From the NCBI GenBank assembly GCA_964016885.1, contig OZ024755.1, forward strand, positions 6,200,001-6,264,000: a stretch of 64,000 bases of DNA. The letters run 5' to 3'. This document shows positions 1-13,552 of this stretch, piece after piece. Numbering within the stretch: position 1 is the first letter of the stretch; each line of letters opens with the position of its first letter. This DNA is from Eledone cirrhosa (taxonomy: Eukaryota). A model generated the notes under the pieces. It was not told the DNA's origin. It worked only from the letters and a program-made list of their open reading frames with translations, and made no database searches. A program made the translations under genes and the position numbers.

Positions 1-170
1 TATTTTGTCTTTGAACTGTCAATATAAAATTATACAGCCAACATGTACTACATTCATACATGTTTCCCTACATGGCATTTCTCATATTTGTACTTCAGGA
101 ACCAGAAAACAGAGACACATACATATGCATGCATGCATGCATCCATGCATACATATATATATATATATAC

Positions 171-209
<39 letters not shown>

Positions 210-424
210 CAAGTGTATAGTTTTTCCAATGTTCAAAGAGATCAAAATCCAATGACAACTCAATACAGATTTTATATACACTATATAACCGCAGAGCAAA
301 TTATGTTACCAATTATCACGTGTAGCCAAAGAGAATATACTTACCCTCTCACAGTATATCTCTTTCTCCCACCTAGCCTTTCGCTCCAGCTCTCTCTCTC
401 ACGCACAGGCGCTCTCTCTCTCCT

Positions 425-465
<41 letters not shown>

Positions 466-1590
466 AATATATACCTAAATATCTTTGGAAAGAATATCTT
501 ATTTTAAGACGTGGTGCAATGGTGCAATACAGAAAGAAATGAAAACTGACATTGTGTACTTTTGGATATGAAGCAGTGACTATTTACGGTGAATACTATA
601 TTGTATGAAGGTAATATTACCTTGATACACCTAACCCACCCCCTATCCTGCATGGTTCAGCTAGTTTCTCAATCTATTGAGGCAAAATGTGAAGTGATAT
701 CTTAAATCTGATATAAGGCTTGGAAATCGATATCTTGAAAATAGTACGGTTTTGTTAACTGAATTCCTGCTGAGCGGTTTTTAAGTTACCTAACACGAGA
801 GGGAGGTATTAGCACTCTGAGTAACCTCTAAATGAAAGGTGTTTCGGTGTTAGTTATATGGAGTTAAACATCTCATAAACCCCCTGGAATGTTATTGGTA
901 GAAAAAAATAATTGTTAGATATATTTCTCTGCATTGAAAATGAGATTTTGTTCCATTCCCACGCAATTCTCTCGCCCCATCCCATTTTTTTGTTGTTATT
1001 TCCCTCTAGAGGTGTTATTGTTGATAATAATGAAGATGTTGAACTTGATGATGATAGTGATAGCGTTGGTGATGGCGGGGACGATGATGCTGAAGAAGAA
1101 GAAAAAGAAAGAAAAAAAAAGAAAAAAAAAGAAACGAAAAGAAAAAAAAGAAAAAAAAGAAAAAAGAGAAAAAAAAGAAGATAATGATGATTACCATGGT
1201 GTTGTTGTTATGAGGGTTGGTGGTCGTGGTGGGAAATAATTATAATGGTAATACTGTTACTGCCGCTGATGATAAGGTGAGGAAGTATTTAATCTTGTAT
1301 AATCTCCAAGAACATGTCAAATAAATTCACAGAGTAATGTGAGATAACATGATAAAAGGGTGTCATTCTCTTGTTATCAATTGTAGTTGGTTGCCATCCT
1401 CTCATTTATAGCGAAAGTATATTAGCCTAGATGTTAGGGTGTTCGGCTCACGATCGTAAGGTTGTGAAAGGACATTAATCTAAATGTTAGGGTGTTGGAC
1501 TTGCGAGCCTAAGGTTGCGAGTTCTATCCCTGAACCAGACGGAAAGGTCCAGTCTTAAGCACAATAATTTGTGTGTGGTGTGTGGTGTGT

Positions 1591-1647
<57 letters not shown>

Positions 1648-1653
<6 letters not shown>

Positions 1654-1862
1654 GGTAAACAGAAATAACAACATAATCGGTACAGTACATGCAAGGGATA
1701 TATTAGGTTAACGCTTGATATAGCAGGAAGAGGGTCTTAACGCTTCGGACGCTAGCCCTTCACCAGAAGGAAGAATGAGAAATAAGATAGATTGAGGGAA
1801 CGGGCGAGTTGGAATTTGAAAAAATGTCTTTAGATAAAAATAACAGGTATATTCATGTTGCC
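1648..1862 (-). mobile_element. Hammerhead-bearing ~220-bp short element, family A (PLE pLTR/retrozyme-like), decayed core
   Basis: Reverse-complement copy of 18079-18297. The ribozyme region 1735-1770 reads CCTT-CTGGTGA-A-GGGC-TAGC-GTCC-GAAG-CG-TT-AAGA (two core substitutions). Ends in a (CA)n tract. Confidence 0.7.
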
Positions 1863-3264
1863 GTGTGTGCGTGCGCGTGTGTGCATACTTGCATATGGTT
1901 ATACAGCTATTTATATAGTATGGTGTTCATCAGCTTTAACTCAGTAGCAGTATATTTGTAGTGCTATATAGGTAAAATATTTTAAATTTCATTGTAAAGT
2001 TAAATAAACATAAAACGAGAGAGAGAGAGAGATTGATAGATGGGGGAAAGAGACGAATAGAAAGGGGAGACAATTCAGATGAGAGCGGGAAGGATAGTAT
2101 ATTTATGTTTATTTGAAGGTAAGGGTATATTTCGCCTGTATAAGTTTTTGACGTACCGCTTATCAAACGAATTGGTAAATATAAATGAAATAAATATTAA
2201 AATATAAACGGTATTTACTGTATCGATTTCTTTTACCTTTCATTTGTGAATTCAAACGTGTATATATATATATATATATATATATACATACATACATACA
2301 CACACATACATACACACATATTTCAGAGCTTCAACATATATATATATATATACACACACATATATATAAACATATATGTTTCAAAGTTTCAACACAATAT
2401 ATCTAGAGAGAGAGAGAGAGAGAAGGAGGGGGAGAGAGAGGGAGAGAGAGAGTAGGGGAGAGAGAGAGAGAGAGAGAGAGAGAGACGCCCATACAACACG
2501 CAGACACATATATATATACACGACCATATATTTACAAGCGCTAATGAATACTTCCCAGAGGGCATTCACCTTACACATATAAATAATATTGATATTGCTT
2601 AATAACATTTAAAAAAAAGATGTGTCTGTGACTGTTAGTTAGTGTGTGTCTGTGAGTGGGTATCTGTAATAATATGTCTCTCTTATCTTGTAAAACATGT
2701 GTGTGTATAGTAAACAAGAACACCCACTCATATAATGAACTATTCTTTCGCAAGAAGGGATCAATTTAAACCTTGGGTGGGTGCACTTCAGGTTTGGGGA
2801 GGGGGGACCCCCCCCCGTACACCAAAAAAATTAGAATATACAACACCCCACCCTCCAATTTTACATATCAAAGTTAGCTATACATACAGATTTTAAATTC
2901 AAAACTTCTAACCATCCTAAAACTAAAAGGTCCAGCTCAGGGCACAAATAAATTGCTATGGTCGTCGCTGGTGAGGGCACCCTCCCCACTGTAGGGGCCC
3001 CGTGACAAGTGCCGCTTTTGCACCCCATTTTGAAGGTTTTAACTTGAAGCTATAGCAGTGGACGTTTATCCAACCGGAACCTACTTTGGAAACGAAACCA
3101 AACCCATGTTTTTTGCGACGTGGACTTCTTAATCACAGCTATGCGATGTTTGTGACAATAGATAGATAGATAGATAGTTAGATAGATAGACAGATAAATA
3201 GATAGTTAGATAGATAGACAGATAGATAGATATATGTTTAAATAGAGAGATATATAGTTAAATA

Positions 3265-3556
3265 GATAAATAAATTTCTTTATTAGCCACAAGGGCACAA
3301 AAGAAGGGGACAAATACAAATGGGGAGTTTACATACAGGTATATGAAAATAAAACTATTAATACAATAACAAATAACAATTGAAATCCCAAATAGGGAGG
3401 AGGTGTTACACAGGGGTTGTACACACCCCGAAAAAATGTACAACCCTCATCTTCAGGAGCACCAAGAGTGAGTACACCCTTCCTCTATTCCTCTTTTTCC
3501 TCAACCTACAGGCTTATATAGAGAGAAGGCCCAACCACTCGGGCCATCTTTGCCAC
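3265..3556 (-). mobile_element. 3' fragment of the Tx1/L1-clade LINE (last codons plus 3'UTR)
   Basis: Reverse complement aligns by eye to 51953-52240 (GGCCCGAGTG...CTGTAGGTTGAGGAAAA...TTTGTCCCCTTCTTTTGTGCCC.TGTGGCTAATAAAGAAA). Flanked by a 19-bp duplication, 3246-3264 and 3557-3575 (2 mismatches), within a (GATA)n tract. Confidence 0.9.
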
Positions 3557-6261
3557 ATAGATAGATAGTTAAATACGTTTACTCATGTACACACGAACAG
3601 TCGCTCCGACCACAAAATACATAGATAAATGTCAGCCACATATTGGAATTAATTTGTGACAGTTTTTGTCGCCTAGTAATACATTTATATCTAATCATCT
3701 GGGAAATTAAAATAAAATACGAAATACGAAACATATTTTCAGTTAGATTTATCGATTCCCTCTTGTCAGATTCGTGCTGCGTTCGTCGGTAAAGTTTGTT
3801 AATCAAAATGTAAAATAATGTAGTTTAGACAGTTTATTCAGTCGATATACATACAAAATCACGCGAGGGAAATCGTAAATACAGTCACAACACACTAAAA
3901 ACATAAGATCTCTTATACTCACTGAATAAACACAACAGATATATAAAGCAAAGCAACAGCAACATCGATAGCCATTCCTAAATGTTACATTGGTTTATAA
4001 ATAAATAAAATAAATAAATACATAAATAAAATTAAATTAAATTAAAACTTAAACAATCTTTCCAGTGAATCTCATAGAAACAAGACGTTTTACTTTCGTA
4101 TTGATTACATTTTTCCAAAGTTCTGCCTCACTGTAAGTTTCAGATTAAAACTAAACCAAACAAACAAGGCTAAACGACTGGATCACAAAATTAAAATAAG
4201 AATGACACTTTTCTGTCGACTCAACATCCATTTACAGTGGCCAGGAATTCCAATGCAATAAAACACACAACACAACACAAAACACACACACCACACAACA
4301 CACACAACACAAAACACACACAACATAACAACGCACAACGCACATCAAATCTAGAATAAATCGAATTAAATGTCAGAGGTTGGATCGCCATGATTTTAAC
4401 GATGAGTTTTTAAGTTGCTCGATCAAAGAAACAGCCCGTTTATGAAATAAATCTGCAAGTTAGTGTGAATTCTGAAGTCAAGCGTACACTTAATGTGAAA
4501 CCTCAGGGAGATTCAGTTTAATCTAATATGCAGCCAGATGTTCTATTTCCAGAACAACTTCAAGTAAAATGTAATCCATCGGACGGACTTTCAACAGTTT
4601 CCATCTACCAAATATTACTCACACATATCGATGGTCTGTGGGAAAATGCAACCAGTGCAATATCAGGCTAGAAGCCATAAGATTGTGAAGTGAACTTTTT
4701 AAACGTATATACATACTACCGTAGAAACAACTCTTTTAAGGGGACACACACTGTTGGATTAAATCCGAAATTAACTGTTTACGATACGAAATTTTACTTA
4801 ACCACGCCTGTATGTTTATATCTTTATATTAAATATATTAAATATGAGCGAGAATTTTATCATTTCTTCTGAAGTAATAATTGCTGCCGTTTAACGGTGT
4901 CTCAGAAACAAAAATAAGGATTGCCGCTTTTGAATTGTAGAGATGCGAGTGTGAAAAGACATTCGTCCTTTAGTTATTGTGTATGTTTTCAGAACTAAGA
5001 AGCAATACTTATACAAGATGAAAGATATCTTCTTTAAAACAGTAGCTAATAAATAAGTTTGGATATTCACTGAACTTCTTTGATATTCATTGAAAACTAA
5101 CTTAAGTGAAGGATGTTTGTTGGTTAGTTTCTATATATCACACATGGATACATTTGATATTTCTGTTCTTAGAGGGGTACACATTTTGTAATCCATATTA
5201 GCTCACCGATCAATTAATCTATCGATCTGTTTTTTTGTCTTTCACCCATTCATTCAATATTTCATTATTCCATAGCACGAAACATAACATTTTATATCTA
5301 CACAAATCCATAAAACCATTCAATCAAATCACCAGCTAACCAGACGTACGTAACATATGCACCCATACACGGTTATCTCTAGCTCTCTCTCCCTCCATAT
5401 CTTTCCCTCTCTTTCTCTCTCTATACAGAGAGATGAATAGATAGATAACTCTCTCCATCTATCTGTATACACACAAATATATATACATAATTTGTGTGTG
5501 TGTATATATATACAGAAGGAAGGAGAGAATTATCTATCTAGTTATATCTCTGTATATATATCTATCTATCTATATATATATATATATAATATATGCAATT
5601 ATCAGTGTATCTATCGATCTATCGATTTTGTTAAATATATAATATCGTGTGTTTGTCCCTGCGTTTATTATTCTTTTTTTATACACAGCAATACTCTGCA
5701 AGTATATCTCAAAATATAAACTTTATGTCTTTATACATACATATATGGGAGTGAGTGTTTATTTGCGTGTGTGTATGGCTGTTGTATACTGTTGTGTACG
5801 TTTAATAACTGCAATTTTTAAATACACACAAATACAAGAGTAAGATGAGATGTTGAAGTTTTAATATTATTGCTATGGTCCAATAGAGATATATAGAAAT
5901 AAACAATGATATGGTTTCAGATATTTCGCTAAAGCAGATCAATATATTCTTCTTTAGTTCCTTGGTTGATTGGAGCACTGTTATCGATATACGAAATCCA
6001 GATATATTCTCAGTCAGTTTTAATTAACCATCCGCAATGAAGAATATTTTTTAAAGAAAAAAAAACAAAAGAAGCTCTTTTATGAATGACAAAATAATGA
6101 AGAAAGTAAGAAATTCGGGTGGAACGAGAGAGGGAAATCTACCCGCTTGAGTGGATGGCATAACTCAGTTGCATTCCGTGAACAAGATATTGCATTGCAA
6201 CGGAGAACAGTCAGAAATACATGTTACATCAACCATTCCCCCTCATAGGGCAACTTCTTCA

Positions 6262-6563
6262 AGGGTGAAGCAGCTACTTCTCAGAATTGAGAGATCACAG
6301 CTCCGATACTATGGTCATGTGGTTAGAATGTCTCCGTATAGAATCGCTGGATAGATTTTACGGGCAAAACCAACAGGCAGAAAACACGGGGGTAAACTCC
6401 GAGTAAGATGGTTGGATAGCATCCATGAGCTTGGCTGGTCTGGCTTGGGGATTCAGCCGTATTAGTTGGAGACGGTTGCTTCTGACAGGACCCGCTGAAA
6501 GGAGTGTTTGAGGACTGTGGCCCCACGACCTTCTCGGGAATAAGTGGGCAAAGAAGAAGAAAA
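6262..6563 (+). mobile_element. RTE-clade LINE 3' fragment (degenerate ORF C-terminus)
   Basis: Translates as LLLRIERSQLRYYGHVVRM...KPTGRKHGGKLRVRWLDSI...VASDRTR with in-frame stops, the typical RTE C-terminal motifs. Ends in a (GAA)n tail. Confidence 0.85.
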
Positions 6564-7039
6564 CTTCTCCCTCTGTTTTTCTACCTGATTAAACCGCCAG
6601 TTAGCACAGCACTGCTCTATAACTACATATTTTGACTTTTAATCCAGAATTGAGATGGACACTATTTGATGATGAGATTAAAACGTTTGTAAAACTTCAA
6701 CTGGTATAGTTTAAATCTTATATATGCTACATGCTGCATATTCCTTCGGCTCTGTTTCAGATCGAAGATTTACTTATAAAATCTGTGAAGTGCTATATAC
6801 AATTGTGTCTTACTACACAGTAAAAGACGATGGCTGTTTTAATGTTTTTTGTTGTTCTATGTTTTCATTTTCATCTGCATTTTATTTTCCCTTCTTCCAC
6901 TTCATCATCATCAGTTTCTTCTGAGTTTAAATCCCCACACCCACCACCACCAATACCACCACCAACTAACATTTCACCTCGAACTATAAGGAGAAACTAT
7001 CACAATTGCTGCAGAAACGGAATCAACTAAAAATAAATC

Positions 7040-7490
7040 AAATATAGAAAAGAAGAAGTAGAACAACAACAACAACACCACGAAGAAGATAAAGGAGAAA
7101 ACGAAGAAGAAGAAAAAGTAAAAGAAGAAGAAGTAGAAAAAGAAGAAAAAGAAGAAGAAGAAGAAGTAGAAAAAGAAGAAGAAGTAGAAAAAGAAGAAAA
7201 AGAAGAAAAAGAAAAAAAGAAGACAACGAAGAAGTAGAAAAAGGAGAAGAAAAAGAATAAGAAAAAGAAGAATAAGACAAAGAAGAATAAGACAAAGAAG
7301 AAAAAGAAAAAGGTGTTGTAGTAAGTTTTGTAGTAGTAGTAGCAGTAACAGTAATAACAGTAGTAGTAATAACAGTAGTAGTAATAGAAGTAGTAGTAAT
7401 AGCAGTAGTAGTAGTAGTAACAGTAGTAGTAGTAACAGTAGTAGTAGTAGTGGTGGTAGTAACAGCAATAGTAGTAGTAGTAGTAGTAGT
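7040..7490. repeat. Compound (GAA)n/(TAG)n low-complexity tract
   Basis: Direct reading. Confidence 0.95.
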
Positions 7491-8256
7491 GTACTATAAA
7501 AGAAACAGGATTGAAGAACTGAAGACCAGCTGCCATTACTGTTGTTTCTTTACTGACATATCTATGGCTGCTGTTGTCTCCGCCATTGTTATTTTGACTT
7601 GCAAATATCTTCCTTTTGACATCTCAACACTTTTACTTTCACTCATGAACGTGTGCTTCGGGCATGTGCATGCATATATATATATATATATATATACGTA
7701 TATATATATATATATGCATACACATAATGTGTGTGTATGTGTATATATATATGTTTGTATATATATATGTGTATATATATATATATATAAGAATATATAT
7801 ATAAGTATATATACATATATATATATATATATAAGAATATATATATAAGTATATATACATATATATATATATATAAGAATATATATATATATAAGAATAT
7901 ATATATATATACACATATATACACACACACGCATTATACATATATATATTTACACACATACATATATATATACACACATACATATATATATATACACACT
8001 ATACATATACACACATACATATACATACATATATATATATATATACACACATACATATACATACACACATTATACATATGCATATATATATATACACACA
8101 CATACATATACACACACACATACATACATACATACATATATACACATACATACATATATATATATATACACACGCACATATATATATACATATATATATA
8201 CACATATATATGTGACGAAATATATGTCAATTGCATGAACTCATAATCCTTTATTT

Positions 8257-8312
8257 ACTGCTATATATATTTCGATGATAGCCATTGAATGGCTATGACC
8301 TCATCAGGCAGT
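8257..8312 (-). ncRNA. Type I hammerhead ribozyme motif, family B
   Basis: Minus strand: ACTGC-CTGATGA-GGTCATAGCCAT(TCA)ATGGCTATCATC-GAAA-TATATA-TA-GCAGT. It has a 5-bp stem I, a long stem II, an intact core, a palindromic stem III and an AUA triplet. AATAAA follows immediately. The host element (~8210-8375) is flanked by (TA)n. Confidence 0.85.
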
Positions 8313-8433
8313 TAGTCAGTTCTTAGATATGCCAGCTCTGTGTGTATAGTGTTGATGGTATCAGAGCCTTGGGACATATATAATAATATATATATAATGT
8401 ATATATACACACACACACACACATATATATATA

Positions 8434-8464
<31 letters not shown>

Positions 8465-8572
8465 CGAGGGAGACAGAAGAGAGAGAGAGAGGCAGAGGAG
8501 AGAGAGAAGAGAGGAGAAGATAGGAGAGAGAGAGAAGAGAGAGAAGAGAGGAGAAGATAGGAGAGAGAGAGA

Positions 8573-8607
<35 letters not shown>

Positions 8608-8756
8608 GGGAGAGAGAGAGAGGAGAGAGAGAGAGGAGAGAGAGACACATGGATAGAAAATAAAGATTGATAAGTATATACATAGGTAGATAGGTCTACC
8701 TTTCTATATATCTATCTATCAAAGAGATGAATAAATATCACTGTCTATATATATAT

Positions 8757-9225
8757 ACATACATACTACATATATATATTCATATATATATTCACATACA
8801 TACTACATAGATATATTCACATACATACTACATAGATATATTCACATACATACTACATATATATATATTCACATACATACTACATATATATATATTCACA
8901 TACATACTACATATATATATATTCACATACATACTGCATATATATATATTCACATACATACTACATATATATATATTCACATACATACTACATATATATA
9001 TATTCACATACATACTACATATATATATATTCACATACATACTACATATATATATTCACATACATACTACATATATATATTCACATACATACTACATATA
9101 TATATTCACATACATACTACATATATATATATTCACATACATACTACATATATATATTCACATACATACTACATATATATATATTCACATACATACTACA
9201 TATATATATTCACATACATACATAT
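8757..9225. repeat. 25-27-bp minisatellite CACATACATACTACA(TA)nTT, ~17 copies
   Basis: Direct reading; it produces the MYVNIYICS pseudo-ORF. Confidence 0.95.
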
Positions 9226-9494
9226 ATATATGCGTATGCATATATATATATATATATATTTATATATAAATGTAGAGAGAGATAGAGAGACAAAAGTATA
9301 GAGTGGTAGATAGGTACATATATAAATAGATAGATTTATGGACATTGGGCGCTTTAGTTCGTATCGAGAAAGATCAATAAAAAAAAATCAATATATAATA
9401 GTAAAATCATGTCCTTTTGATTTCAAGCTATGACCCCTATTCTAAAGAAATTTCAAAGCAATCATATAAAAGCCACCGCACTGTAGATGTTGTT

Positions 9495-10320
9495 GATAGT
9501 GTTGGTGGTGGTGGTAGTGATGGTGGTGGTGGTTGTGGTGATGGTGGTGATGGTGTGATGTTGGTGGTTGTGGTGATGGTGGTGATGGTGTGATGTTGGT
9601 GGTTGTGGTGATGGTGGTGGTGGTGGTTGTGGTGATGGTGGTAGTGATGGTGGTGGTTGTGGTGATGGTAGTGATGGTGTGATGTTGGTGGTTGTGGTGA
9701 TGGTAGTGATGGTGTGATGTTGGTGGTTGTGGTGATGGTAGTGATGGTAGTGATGGTGGTGGTTGTGGTGATGGTGGTGGTTGTGGTGATGGTGGTGGTT
9801 GTGGTGATGGTGGTGGTTGTGGTGATGGTGGTGGTTGTGGTGTGCTGATGGTTGTGGTGTGGGGGAGATTATATTTATGGTGGTGATGATAGTGATTGTG
9901 GTAAGGGTGGTGATGGTTGTGGTGGTGTGATGATGGTTGTGGTGGGGTGATGATGGTTGTGGTGGGGTGATGATGGTTGTGGTGGGGTGATGATGGCTGT
10001 GGTGGGGTGATGATGGTTGTGGTGGGGTGGTGATGGTTGTGGTGGGGTGATGATGGTTGTGGTGGTGTGATGATGGTTGTGGTGGTGTGATGATGGTTGT
10101 GGTGGTGTGATGATGGTTGTGGTGGGGTGGTGATGGTTGCGGTGGGGTGGTGATGGTGGGGTTGTGATGGTGGGGTGGTGATGGTGGGCTTGTGATGGTG
10201 GGGTGGTGATGGTGGGGTGGTGATGGTTGTGGTGGGGTGGTGATGATATTTATAGAAATGACTGTGGATTTAATAGTGACGGTGGTGGGTGGTGGCGGTA
10301 GTGATGGCGCCACCGGTAGT
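9495..10320. repeat. (GGT/GAT/TGT)n trinucleotide-derived array with 21-bp higher-order unit
   Basis: Direct reading: GTGGTGGGGTGATGATGGTT-like units. Confidence 0.9.
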
Positions 10321-10829
10321 GATGTCCATGGTATTAATGGAGAGAGAGAGAGAGAGAGAACAAAGAACTAAAAATGTCATTAAATAAGATGATACTAATG
10401 ATGATGATGAATATAAAATAAGAACACCTAGTGCTACTAATACTACTACTAATACTACTACTACTACTAATACTGCTGCTTCTGTTGCAACCAACAACAA
10501 CAACAAAAGCAACAGGGACAGCAATAACGATAATATTAATAAAAATTTCTTTAACTTCGCAATGAAAATATAATTAATTTATATAACAAATGCAAAAATT
10601 ATCACAACAACAACAACAGCAATACTAATAATAACAACAACAGCAACAATAACAACAGCAATAATAACAATAATGACAATGATAATAATATTATCACTAA
10701 TAATACCAATAATAAAAATGAGGATTATGGTTTCTTTATTGGTCTTTGGGACTAAACACATTAACTTCAATAGAACAATAATACAACTACAGACAGCGCG
10801 GCCCTTAATGTTCTCGACGTCAGTGGTTA

Positions 10830-11302
10830 ATAAAGGAACACTAATTTTGTTCTCATTTCCTTATGGGATCGATAAAATAAAGTACCAGTAATGTACTGGT
10901 TAATTGCTGGCCTTGTGCCAAAAGTAGAAACAGTTATTAGTATATTTGGGGCGGTGTATGAGTAAAGGGTCGGACGCCATGCTTTGCAGCATAGAATTAC
11001 ACCCCTTTACGGTCTGAGTTCAAATCCCGCTGAGGTTAACTTTGCCTTTCATCCTTACGGGGGTCGATAAAATAAAGTACCAGTAATACACTGGGATAAT
11101 TGCTGGCCTTGTGCCAAAAGTAGAAACAATTATTCGTATGTTATTAGGGTGGTGGATTGGCAGGCATCGGTGGAGCGTCGGACATCCATGATTTGCAACA
11201 CAGAGTTACGGCCCCTTACGGTCTGAGTTCAAATTCTGCCGAAGTTAACTTTGCCTCTCATCCTTACGGGGTCGATAAAAGAAAGTACCAGTAATACACT
11301 GG
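10830..11302 (+). mobile_element. Tandem trimer of tRNA-derived SINE family S1
   Basis: Three head-to-tail copies of GGCGGTGGATTGGCAGTATCGGTAGAG...GAGTTCAAATCCC (A/B boxes)...CTTTCATCCTTACGGGGTCGATAAAATAAAGTACCAGT...GGCCTTGTGCCAAAAGTAGAAAC. Confidence 0.85.
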
Positions 11303-11493
11303 TCGAGTGTCTAACAATTCAGTAACATTTAGACGTGAATCTACATTAAAAAATCTACAAAGTCTGAATTTTCTACTACATTGTCCTCATTTATCTATGA
11401 CAAATGAATCGACAAGTGATAACAGCAAATAACTCTCCACAATTTTAGTTATTTCGACAATGTTTATCTGCAGTAAAGTCGCTTTGTGATTAT

Positions 11494-11900
11494 GGAAATT
11501 ATTATATATTTAAGTTAATTATATAAATGTATATAAAACAGATATTTTAAGTTTCCATAATACGCATTTCTGAGGTCTTAGCTCTGGGTGGTTGCCTAGA
11601 TGGTCTAATATTATTGCTGTCCCTAAATCAATCACACCCTTTTGTCTTCATATACTGAACAATAACATTTATTGATACATGATTTATATATTTTACACAG
11701 GAAATTATTATACATTTAAATAAATTATACACATGTATATAACACTGAGATACTTTAAGTTTCCATAATACGCATTTCTGAGGTCTTACCTCTGGGTGGC
11801 TGTCTAGAGGGTCTGATAGTATTGCCGTTAGTAAATCAATCACACACTTTTGTCTTCATATACTGAACAATACAATATTTATTGATACGTTTCATATATA
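11494..11900. repeat. ~208-bp tandem duplication (2 diverged copies)
   Basis: TTTAAGTTTCCATAATACGCATTTCTGAGGTCTTA occurs at ~11546 and ~11754, with continued similarity on both sides. Confidence 0.9.
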
Positions 11901-12769
11901 ATGTACAAGTTTAATGCAGTCACACACTCTTCGCGGTTTAATACAGCGTCTTTCAGTAGAAATAGTTTGTTGTTCACGTAGGTAAATATACAACGCTCTG
12001 AATGTACTAAATGAACAGAGAGGGGATATATTTCTGTTTTCGGATGTACTTGGTCACCTCCCATTTTGTGACAATTTTTAAAGCAATATCAATTTGAATG
12101 GAAAAGGATTGACACACATAAAAAATATTATTATCATTATTATTATTATTATTATTATTGCAAAAGTTGATGATGCTGGAAAAGGAAAAAATTTCTAAAG
12201 GAAATATCGATTTATGTTGGAAATCCATACAAACTTATGCTGAAGTGGCCGATGGCAAGGAACATAAAGTTCAAATGATGAAATTCTAATCGAGATATTT
12301 CTAAACAGAATTCCATAATGAAGGGAAAGGGATGGAAAAGGAAGAGGTTAGAGAGGAGAGTGAGGGGAAAAGGGATAGAAAAGGAAGGGGGAAGTAGGAG
12401 AGAATAGAGAGGAGAGGAAAAGGAATAGCAATTGACTGAAGTAGAAGAGGATAGCGGGGATAGTGGGAGGAAAAGGGATAGAAAAGGAAAGGAAATATTA
12501 TAAAGAACGAGGAATCAGTAATGCATCGAACCACAATTTAATAACATATTACATATGTTTCTCCATCGATCAGCTCAAGGCAAGATCTGCTACAGATCGA
12601 ACCCGACTCTGCATTCGAAGGGTTTTCCTATATATATATATATATATGAAAAACCTACGAATGCAGAGTCGTGTTCGATCTATATAAAAGATGGCGAGGT
12701 GAATAAATATTTTTTTTTTCTCAAGAAATATATTTTCGTTTCTGCCACTGCAGAGTCTCCTCTATCTTC

Positions 12770-13135
12770 TTATTTCTTCTTTAATATCCTATTCTGTTTT
12801 CAGATGAAGGACTAGCCTTCGAAATGTTAAGACCCTTTTCCTACTATATCTAGCGTAAAACTAATAATTGTTTGTACTTTTGGCACAAGGCCAGCAATTA
12901 TCCCAGTGTATTACTGGTACTTTATTTTATTGACCGCGTAAGGATGAAAGGCAAAGTTAACCTCAGCGGGATTTGAACTCAGACCATAAAGGGCCGTAAC
13001 TCTTTTTCTGCAAAGCATGGCGTCCGACCCTCTACCGATACTGCCAATCCACTGCCCCTTTACTAGCATAAAACTAATAATGTAGTTCTACATTGGTCTG
13101 TGTCATTCGGTTTGTTATTTCTGTTTGCCTTTTCT
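12770..13135 (+). mobile_element. Family A hammerhead element interrupted by an S1 SINE
   Basis: CAGATGAAGGACTAGCCTTCGAAATGTTAAGA at 12801-12832. The element tail TTGTTATTTCTGTTTGCCTTTT resumes after 13081. Confidence 0.7.
12869..13058 (-). mobile_element. SINE S1, full length, with 19-bp TSD
   Basis: TSD CTAGC(G/A)TAAAACTAATAAT at 12850-12868 and 13063-13081. Confidence 0.9.
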
Positions 13136-13150
13136 GTGTATATATATATA

Positions 13151-13238
13151 TTTATTAAAATAACAGATTAAAGGTTAAGCAAAGAATCCTTATAAAGCCT
13201 TCTTCGGATTTTAGTCTTCACATTTATTATTATTACTA
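13151..13238. mobile_element. Family D short insertion (inverted segment plus tail)
   Basis: Two oppositely oriented pieces of the 61681-62106 element joined together, flanked by (TA)n. Confidence 0.75.
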
Positions 13239-13249
13239 TATATATACAT

Positions 13250-13438
13250 AACGAAGGAAATGTGGTAAGGAACAAGATGGACCATAACGCACCAAAGTAC
13301 TCGATACTTAGGGTAGTAGAGTGGGTAATAGGAACGAGTAGGACCCCGACGGCTGAGCTCAAGCCGTTTCGACGGCTAATTCAGAATTAGCCGTCGAAAC
13401 GGCTTGAGCTCAGACGTCGGGGTCCTACTCATTCCTAT
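13250..13438 (-). mobile_element. Family P fold-back insertion (55-bp inverted arms plus ~78-bp tail)
   Basis: Arms 13328-13382 and 13384-13438 have 2 mismatches and a 1-nt spacer. The tail is shared with copies at 13451, 25800, 31015 and 60537. Confidence 0.85.
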
Positions 13439-13450
13439 ATATATATATAT

Positions 13451-13552
13451 AACGAAGGAAGTGTGGTAAGGAACCAGATGGACAATAACTTACCAGAGTG
13501 CTCGATACTATGGGTAGTAGAGTGGGTAATAGGAAAAGTGTCAGAACCCCGG
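13451..13552 (-). mobile_element. Family P tail copy
   Basis: AACGAAGGAAGTGTGGTAAGGAACCAGATGGAC...GGGTAGTAGAGTGGGTAATAGGAA matches 13250-13334. Confidence 0.8.

Noticed and set aside
912-1239. Acidic/basic low-complexity ORFs
   Set aside because: They derive from (GAT)n and poly-purine runs.
9462-10313. 283-aa His/Thr/Pro-rich ORF
   Set aside because: It is the translation of a trinucleotide-derived array, with no splice or domain evidence.
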